A stretch of DNA of 64,000 nt from a virus (Duplodnaviria > Caudoviricetes), in IMG/VR virus record IMGVR_UViG_3300032219_001723, positions 7,139-71,138 of that record. One strand, written 5' to 3'. How positions within the stretch are numbered: the stretch's first letter is position 1; each line of letters starts with the position of its first letter. Of this stretch, positions 8,817 to 17,100 are shown piece by piece. Under the pieces are notes generated by a model. The model was not told the origin of the DNA, did not search any database, and saw only the letters and a program-made list of their open reading frames with translations. A program made the position numbers and the translations under genes.

Positions 8817-11800
8817 TTAAGTAACGGTGTACGTTAAGAACACTTGTGATGGTGAAGTTATTGTTCTAGTTCCACTTATTGTTATACATTGACCACTAGA
8901 ACTTGCATATGTGTTGTTATTTGTCGGCAAACTAGCCGCTGTTGAGAAATACGCTGACAACAGATTAGTACTAACTGAAAGTGTTTGAGAACATCCTCCT
9001 GGTAGGTTTGGAACAGACAATACCGTACCTGAATAGGTTACTTGAAGTGATAACGTATCACCACTTTGGAATGTAAATGGTAAAAACCCAGCAGAACTCA
9101 CAGTTGTTGGTGCCAAATTAGCGGTTCTCCAACCAAAACCGTTATTATACCCCAATCTACTAGCTCGTCTAACCTGATTAAATATTGTTGATCCACTGTT
9201 AGTACAAGTACCACCTGACGGATCAATACCTGATGTTGTTCCCAAACTTCTAGTTGTTGATGTTACCGAAACACCATTTCTAATAATATTTGCGGTGACT
9301 TGCCATGGTTGTGTTGTCATACCTGAGAAGAAACCTGTTTGAGTGTCAAAATTCATACCCCACTGATCATTGAATGACCCATTCCACGTAACTCCTGAAG
9401 GAATATTATTTAATCCTCCTAACGTTGCGGTTCCTGAGTAGACGAACGTGATCGCACTACCCGGATATGTTGTACCTGTAATATCAACAGAATACGCGGT
9501 AGCTGCTGACGATACGAATGTCGGTACTTGTGACCAAGCAAAGGTTATAGCACTAAACGTATTTCCTGAATTAGGTCTTGTAATACTTACAGGTGTTACC
9601 GATGTTTGAGCACCTGTTGAATTATCTTTAACCACGACACCATATGTAGAACTAGAAAGTCCTGTGAATGTTGTTGTAGATGAGAATGTAACACCACTGT
9701 TTATTGAGTATCTATAATTAGATCCTGTAGCACCAGACCCAGTAACACTAATTGTTCCGAAAAATCTATTAGCTGTTCTTGCGGTTAAAGTATAACTTTC
9801 ACAAGTATCATTTGTTGATGATAAACTCAAAACACCGATGGCGGGTAATGACGTTGTTGGTGTAACTGTAACAGTAGGTGTCACGGTAGGTGTTGGTGTT
9901 TTCGTAGGTGTTGGTGTTTTCGTAGGTGTTGGTGTTTTCGTAGGTGTTGGGAAGAAAAGACACTGATGACATGTTGTTGCTGTCGATACAATCCCACCAA
10001 ATAAAACATCAGATGAACCATTTTTATATGTGTTAAATGATAGACATTTTGTAACCCCATTTATAACACCTTCAAATACCGATCCAGGTGTTAATAAAAC
10101 TCCATTATATAATAACGGATCACCAACCAAATAAGTTGTTGATGAATCCGAACAATCAATTAACTCAGCAACCAAACCACCACAAATAAAATTACTATCA
10201 ACAATATAATACACCGCAGATCCTGAAATAGGAACTTTTGTTGGTGCCGGTGTTGATGTCATAGATGGTGTAGGTGTTGGTGTGTTTTGAACCGTATTAA
10301 CACTTAGTGAAAAACTATTACCACCACAAGGATTTGTTGGTGTTATAGTTGGTGTAACACTTGGTGTCATTGTCGGTGTTGGGGTATTTGTTTTCGTAAC
10401 ACTTGGTGTTAATAACACATCACAATTAAAATACACATTAAAGTTTGTATTTTGTGATGAAGGTGTCGGTGTTGGTGTAGGTATATTACATGTTCCAACA
10501 GTCCATATATTTGAGTTTAGATTAGGACAATCTGAACTACATGGTGATGGTCCGAATACCAAACAATCACCACCTAATGATGTAGATAAACACCACTTAT
10601 TTGTTTTCCAAAATACAGTATATGTTGCGGATGAATAAACATCTTTACCACCATAAATACCATATTTCAAATACGTTCCATTGTATGTTGATAACGTTGG
10701 GTTTGTACTATAAAAACAATAATCGGTGTTGGAACATCCTGTTATTACTGTGGGAATACTAGCAAATAGTGGTATATTTGGTAAACCGTAATTAAAGACC
10801 GCAGTGGAAACATTACTCGTCATACTACTAACAGTAAATGACGCTGATGATACCGATAAATTTGGATAATTTATATAATATAAATTTCTTGTATTCCTAT
10901 CTGTAAAGTATATTTTCTCATCAACCGCTAAATGTAACGTACCAATACTAGTTCCTGAAGTTTGATAGAACATTACGTAATTAGTTGACGCAGTTACGGT
11001 AGATGCACTTACAGGTGGTGTTGTATTAAGATTAAACTGTAATACTTTTCCACCATTTGTACTTTGGAACTCAGAAACATATAAGTAATTCCCATCAGGT
11101 GAAAATTCACATCCAATTACGTCCCCAACATCAAATATTTCAGGACTTGATCCATTTTTATTGTAAATAGTGTATCCAGTATTCCCTAATAATACTGTTT
11201 CGTTTGTTAATTCACCAGTACTTCTATTGAAGTCAAAAATACTAACCGCAGGTCTATAAGCACTTCGTGATGGTACCGCATCTGAGTCCGCTAAAACCAT
11301 CGCTATTTTAGAATAATCTGGTGATGGTTTTATCTGCCCATAATTATTATAACCTTGTAAAACTTGAGATGTTGTAGAAGTAAATGGTGTTGATGACACC
11401 CCACTAGAATTGATTAGGAATGAGTGTATTTGATTTCTACCCCAGTTCGGAGTGATTACCCAAATATCTGTTTCGTTTTCGTGTAATGCGGTGGTTAAGA
11501 CCTCGGCATATCCATATCCCGCACCTCCAACAACCACAGGGTATGTTGCACTACCACCACTTATATTTCTATTACCAATTTCAACATTATAGTTAATTAC
11601 TTGAAAAAATGGTGATGTTCCTCCCGTGTATTTAAGGGTATTATATGTTAATGCTTGGTTTGTTTTACCATAACCACCCTCAGTACCTGCAGCACCCACA
11701 CCTAATGTGAAAACATAATAAGTATCAGAACTATATGGTGATTGTAAGATGGTTGCCGCTTGCATTGAAAAGGCACTTCCTGATAATCCTGTAACTATGT

Positions 11801-12020
11801 TTGTTCCACCTGATGTTTTAATTGTTGTTCCATCAGAAACTAACAATAAGTTACCATTATCATCTGAGAAACTAGAACCGCTTTCATTATTAGACACTGA
11901 AAAATCAATAGCACTTGACACAAACTGAGCGGTTCCACTACTAAACGTAATCCACGCGTTATTCCCACTTCCTACGTGTGATGCTATCCAATTCCAACCT
12001 TGTTTTGTATTTAACGCCAT
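8817..12020 (-). CDS. Modular appendage protein: beta-propeller + Cys-rich modules + PT linkers + SprB-like repeat
   Basis: 1067 aa. Propeller at 10770-12020 (ESGSSFSDDNGNLLLVSDG, GQIKPSPD, CEFSPDG, YGLPN); module 9950-10730 is shared with the next gene. Confidence 0.7.
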   Translation of the reverse strand: MALNTKQGWNWIASHVGSGNNAWITFSSGTAQFVSSAIDFSVSNNESGSSFSDDNGNLLLVSDGTTIKTSGGTNIVTGLSGSAFSMQAATILQSPYSSDTYYVFTLGVGAAGTEGGYGKTNQALTYNTLKYTGGTSPFFQVINYNVEIGNRNISGGSATYPVVVGGAGYGYAEVLTTALHENETDIWVITPNWGRNQIHSFLINSSGVSSTPFTSTTSQVLQGYNNYGQIKPSPDYSKIAMVLADSDAVPSRSAYRPAVSIFDFNRSTGELTNETVLLGNTGYTIYNKNGSSPEIFDVGDVIGCEFSPDGNYLYVSEFQSTNGGKVLQFNLNTTPPVSASTVTASTNYVMFYQTSGTSIGTLHLAVDEKIYFTDRNTRNLYYINYPNLSVSSASFTVSSMTSNVSTAVFNYGLPNIPLFASIPTVITGCSNTDYCFYSTNPTLSTYNGTYLKYGIYGGKDVYSSATYTVFWKTNKWCLSTSLGGDCLVFGPSPCSSDCPNLNSNIWTVGTCNIPTPTPTPSSQNTNFNVYFNCDVLLTPSVTKTNTPTPTMTPSVTPTITPTNPCGGNSFSLSVNTVQNTPTPTPSMTSTPAPTKVPISGSAVYYIVDSNFICGGLVAELIDCSDSSTTYLVGDPLLYNGVLLTPGSVFEGVINGVTKCLSFNTYKNGSSDVLFGGIVSTATTCHQCLFFPTPTKTPTPTKTPTPTKTPTPTVTPTVTVTPTTSLPAIGVLSLSSTNDTCESYTLTARTANRFFGTISVTGSGATGSNYRYSINSGVTFSSTTTFTGLSSSTYGVVVKDNSTGAQTSVTPVSITRPNSGNTFSAITFAWSQVPTFVSSAATAYSVDITGTTYPGSAITFVYSGTATLGGLNNIPSGVTWNGSFNDQWGMNFDTQTGFFSGMTTQPWQVTANIIRNGVSVTSTTRSLGTTSGIDPSGGTCTNSGSTIFNQVRRASRLGYNNGFGWRTANLAPTTVSSAGFLPFTFQSGDTLSLQVTYSGTVLSVPNLPGGCSQTLSVSTNLLSAYFSTAASLPTNNNTYASSSGQCITISGTRTITSPSQVFLTYTVT
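9886..9950. repeat. Perfect 18-nt tandem repeat x3.6 (encodes TPTKTP)
   Basis: gtaggtgttggtgttttc repeated exactly. Confidence 0.95.
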
Positions 12021-13200
12021 CTATATTATATTAACATATCGTAATACCCGGATTTACGGAAATACTTGTTATGGTTCTTGTAACCGCAGAACAGGTACCA
12101 CCCTGATCTTCCGTTCTTCTTGTATATATCGTTCCCAACTGATAAAGTAATTGACCTGAAGGTAACGTAAATGTTGTTGAATCAAAATAAGGTGATCCAC
12201 CTCCCGTTGTTTCAATATAATTTATAGTTACATCATACGATGTTGGTGATGTAACATTAGACCCACCACAACTATTTCTAGTCGCCGCACTTATAGTAAT
12301 ACCCGTATAAGGATAACTTACCGCATTACAAGTAGACGTTCCTGTTACTTGTGTTGTTGCCGTGAATAAAAAGTATGGTGTTGATGTTGTTGGGGTAACT
12401 GTAGGTGTTGGAGTAGGACTTGGAGGTAATAAACAAATAGTACAAGTACTAGCCGTGGAAACAACTCCACCCCAAAGAACGTTTGTTGATTGAGTAGTGT
12501 AAGTATTAAATGACACACACGTTTCAACGTTATCAATTAACGCTTTGAAAACAGAACCAGGTTGTAATGTTACACCATTATATGTTATAGTATCCCAAAC
12601 GTAATATGTGGTAACACCATCTGAACAATTTATAAGTTCTGCAGTATAACCAGGACACACAAACTTACTATCAACAACATAATATGTTGCAGATCCCGAT
12701 ACAGGTATCTTAGTCGGTTCAGGTGTTGACGTAACCGATGGTGTAGGTGTTGGAGTGTTCTGTTGTGTTGAGACACTCAAACTAAAACTATTCCCACCAC
12801 AAGGGTTTGTAGGTGTTACACTCGGTGTTACCGTTTTAGTAACCGTTGGTGTTACAGTCTTAGTTGGTGTAACTGATGGGGTTATCAAAATATCACAATC
12901 AAATACAACGTTAAAATTAGTAAAAGCTCTTGATGGTGTTGGTGTGGGTGTTGGTATATTACAAGAACCGACAGACCACAAATTATTATTTAAGTTAGGA
13001 CAAGTTGTAACACATGGTGACGGACCAAAAACCAAACAACTACCGTCTAACGCAGTTGATAAACACCACTTAGTCGTATCCCAATAAACATAATAAGAAC
13101 CACTTGTATAATAATTTTTACCGTTGTGTAATGATGGGTTTCTAGTGTAAGTCCCATTATAAGCACTTAATGTTGTATTAGTTGAATTAAAACAATAATA
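9950..13200. repeat. Dispersed ~0.78 kb direct duplication (9950-10730 vs 12420-13200)
   Basis: KWCLST.L.G.CLVFGPSPC...NPCGGNSFSLSV...AELI.CSD shared by two adjacent genes. Confidence 0.9.
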
Positions 13201-14064
13201 TTGATTATTACAGTTGATTATAGGAATTGTTGGGGTAACTGTGGGTGTTAAAGTCGGTGTTGGTGTTGGGGTCGGTGATGGACATTGTGTTATTGATGCA
13301 CCACTAGCACAATTAGAACAATCCCCATAACTTGTATATGTTATCGTTCCCGCAGTCAATGGATACGTTGGGTCATTAACAAAACTACCTGTATATTGTG
13401 ACACACAGGTCATACAATATGTTGTTGAATTTACTGTTACAGGATAAATATTCCCATCCGTCAAACTTTGTGGAATACCTGATGCATCATAAATTGTATA
13501 ATTTGAATCACCTAAACAACACGCCGAAAATTTATAAAATCTAAAATCATTACTTGATTGACAACTATCACAATCAACACTACTATCATATTGTACTGAA
13601 ACTTCAAATGCCGGTGTGTCGTCACAATATTCACCTGTGAATAGATAACAACCATCAGGTACACCATCCCCCGTTCTACCTGTTACGTGTATTGCCGTAG
13701 ACCCTGACGTATAACCACTAACGTATTGTAGTTGTAGTGAAAAAATAAATTCATTATTTAATAAACAATCTCTATAAACGTATGGGATATAACTTGTAGG
13801 TGATATGGTCGGTGTGGTAATACAATTACCATCTAAACAATCGGTCGCCAAACTAAGATTAACAGTACCCGTATGTTTATAATTTATAAATTCGGTAGTT
13901 TGAGTTGTGACTGTCCAACATTGATTTAAGTTATCGTACAGCACGTCGTTAATATTTGGTTCAAAACCTGAAATGGTACATGGTTTCGCAATGACATTAG
14001 GGTCATTACAAGAAACTAAAATCCAACTATTGTTAAAAAATGAACTACTGCAAGTACAACTCAT
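12031..14064 (-). CDS. Cys-rich modular appendage protein with PT linkers
   Basis: 677 aa. Three N-terminal Cys-rich modules, then a block paralogous to 9950-10730. Confidence 0.65.
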   Translation of the reverse strand: MSCTCSSSFFNNSWILVSCNDPNVIAKPCTISGFEPNINDVLYDNLNQCWTVTTQTTEFINYKHTGTVNLSLATDCLDGNCITTPTISPTSYIPYVYRDCLLNNEFIFSLQLQYVSGYTSGSTAIHVTGRTGDGVPDGCYLFTGEYCDDTPAFEVSVQYDSSVDCDSCQSSNDFRFYKFSACCLGDSNYTIYDASGIPQSLTDGNIYPVTVNSTTYCMTCVSQYTGSFVNDPTYPLTAGTITYTSYGDCSNCASGASITQCPSPTPTPTPTLTPTVTPTIPIINCNNQYYCFNSTNTTLSAYNGTYTRNPSLHNGKNYYTSGSYYVYWDTTKWCLSTALDGSCLVFGPSPCVTTCPNLNNNLWSVGSCNIPTPTPTPSRAFTNFNVVFDCDILITPSVTPTKTVTPTVTKTVTPSVTPTNPCGGNSFSLSVSTQQNTPTPTPSVTSTPEPTKIPVSGSATYYVVDSKFVCPGYTAELINCSDGVTTYYVWDTITYNGVTLQPGSVFKALIDNVETCVSFNTYTTQSTNVLWGGVVSTASTCTICLLPPSPTPTPTVTPTTSTPYFLFTATTQVTGTSTCNAVSYPYTGITISAATRNSCGGSNVTSPTSYDVTINYIETTGGGSPYFDSTTFTLPSGQLLYQLGTIYTRRTEDQGGTCSAVTRTITSISVNPGITIC

Positions 14065-14085
14065 TAAAATGTAAATGTTTTTATA

Positions 14086-14092
14086 ATAAATA
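14086..14092 (-). promoter_or_regulatory. TATTTAT candidate phage promoter element
   Basis: Recurrent intergenic motif, 21 nt upstream of the ATG at 14064. Confidence 0.45.
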
Positions 14093-14119
14093 ACATATTA
14101 TTCGTTTTTGTAACTATTT

Positions 14120-17100
14120 TTAACAACTAAATCCGCTATAAGATCCAACAACTGAAGATCCATTCCAATAAAACCCTTTAGATGTAGATGAACCACTAAT
14201 ACATGCGTAATAATAACCCGCATTTGCATTTAGATTTTGATCTCTATAAAGTTGTGTAATATTTTCACTATCTAAGGTTCCTGTAACCCAAAAATTCCTA
14301 CAATCAGTTTCATCTTTAGTTATAAGGTCATTTTCAAAGTTATTTTTTGCAACCAAAACACTTGTTGGGTTATAACCAAATCTATATAAATTATATCCTG
14401 TTGCAGAATTTGCCATTCCTCTAAAGAACGCAATTGATCTTGGTCTTGATAAATTTAATTTTAATTCACTAACAACAACATTTGTAACTCCTGACAGAAT
14501 TTCATCAAACATATCATCCATTTGAGTGTTTGAAGTTCCAACAATACCTCTAATACTGAATAAACTCAAAGAGGTTGGAGGGAATGGTACATACCTAAAT
14601 GGTATTGTTGGTGTAATTGTCAGAGTAGGCGTTGGACTTAATCCCGGTGTTGGACTTGCAGTTCTTGTTATCGTTGGAGTTATTGTTGGTGTATTTGTAG
14701 GTGTTACTGTTGATGTACGAGTAGGTGTTTGTGTATTGGTAGGCGTATTAGTAGGTGTTATAGTAGGTGTAATGGTTGGAGTAACAGTATTTGTTGGTGT
14801 CACACTAACGGTTCTTGTTGGTGTAACGGTATTGGTTGGTGTAACACTTGCGGTTCTAGTTGGTGTAATACTATTTGTTGGTGTTATTGTTGAAGTAATG
14901 GTTGGTGTGTTAGTAGGTGTTACAGAATTTGTTGGGGTAATAGTATTTGTTGGTGTTACAGTAATAGTATTTGTTGGCGTTACAGTTGGGGTTACTGTAC
15001 GTGTAGGTGTAATTGTTGGTGTTATTGTAGTTGTTGGTGTCGGTGTTGGTGATGGTATCGGACAAGGATAAAGTGCTGAAGTACAATATGAACAACTATT
15101 AACAAATGATATTGTTGAGGTAATTAAGGTGTATAAATTAGAAGACAATGTTGTACTATATGATCTAGCACATCCACTGAAATTATTAGAATATATTACA
15201 TAAACAGTGTTAATGTTAAACGTTCCATTATTTGTTAATGAAAAAATTGTACTACTATCACAACAAGCACTGAATGTCATATAGTTAGTTGTCGGTGTAA
15301 CTGTTGGAGTAATAGTTGATGTAGGAGTAATAGTTGTTGTAGGAGTGATTGTAGGTGTTGTAGTTGGAGTATTTGTAGGTGTTATAGTAGGTGTAACCGT
15401 TCTAGTTACCGTTGGTGTTGGTGTTGGAGAACTTGTTGGGTCGGGAGACGATCCTGGTGATCTTGTAACGGTTGGTGTAACAGTATTTGTTGGTGTAACA
15501 GTTTGTGTTGATGTTCTTGTTGGTGTGGTCGTAGGTGTTTGAGTTCTAGTTACTGTTGGTGTTATAGTATTTGTAGGTGTGTTAGTGGGTGTTATTGTTG
15601 GTGTAATAGTTGGGGTTGCAGTATTTGTAGGAGTAATCGTAGGAGTGACAGTATTGGTCGGTGTATTTGTAGGAGTTATAGTTGCAGTAATAGTAGGTGT
15701 TGCCGTAGGTGTTGGGGTTGGATCAGGTGATGAACCTGGTGATCTTGAAACCGTAATTGTTGGTGTAGGTGTTGGTGTTTCCAACGGACCTCTAGTGATT
15801 TGTAATGTAAAATCACTAAAACAACTAACTCTGTTAATTGATAAATTAAAATCACTAAAACAAGAAACTCGGTTAATTACAAGATCAAAATTACTAAAAC
15901 ATATATTAGTAACCGTTGGCGTTACAGTCTTTGTTGGTGTTATTGTCGGTGTTGGTGTTTTTGTTGATGGTGGTGTAGGATCTGGCGTTCTAGTTATTGT
16001 AGGTGTAATCGTAGATGTGGGAGTACTAGTAATTGTTGGTGTTACAGTATTTGTCGGTGTAACCGTATTACTTGGTGTTGTAGTATTTGTTGGTGTTGGT
16101 GATACACCCAAAGTTCTCGTTGGAGTTATCGTAGGGGTAACAGTTGATGTTATTGTAGGAGTTATAGTTGGTGTAACAGTCCTTGTTGGTGTTACCGATG
16201 GCGATGCAGGTGGTGATGGATTTGGTGTTCTAGTTATAGTTGGCGTAATTGTCGGAGTGACCGTATTTGTGGGTGTAATAGTATTGGTTGGTGTAATTGT
16301 AGGGGTTACTGTTGGAGTAATTCTTGATATATCAAAAAGTTTGGAAAAGAATATTACCACACCCTCAACATTGATATTATTTCTAATTTCGGTGTCTGTT
16401 TCAGTATAAAAAGACCCATTTGTTGGGTAAGACTGATTACCCACCCAAGAATTCCAAGAAGTAGAAACAGTATTCCCTGTAAAGTATGTACCCATAAAAT
16501 CCTCACTAGCGTCGGGGTCAACACTATTATAATTAACACCATTAAAACCTCCATTTCTGTTCCATTGAGCCAACTTACTTTCAACCGAATAAATTGGTAA
16601 AACCTTTGTTTTTGAAGTTGGGGTATAAGCTGTTGCAATGTTTTTCATTCTATACAATCCTGATGAGTCGCCCCTTGTGTCTGTATATAATTCTCCAACG
16701 ATGCTGGCTCTTGATGAGGACATATATGTTGATACAAACCATTTATCAACATTTGACGCTAAGCTTGTTGGGTCAGTTCCATAATAGTAATTTCCCTTAC
16801 CTAAGTAGACATTTACTTGTACTGATGGTGAGGTTAATGTCGATTTTGCATAATTCACACCATATACTACAGAATCAAAAACAGCTCTATCTGATGTTGT
16901 CCACCATTCAATTTCAGTTGTGATACTATCAAAGTAACCATTTGTAAAACCACTTGTTGTTGCCCAAGAATGGTAATCTCTTATCTGATTAATTTGAGTT
17001 TGTGAATTTCCAGTAGTTTCCCAACCCCTCGCCGCAGAAATGTGAGTAATACCCGACAATCTCGCCTTTTCTATGAAATTCTTTAACATAGTTTTACCCG

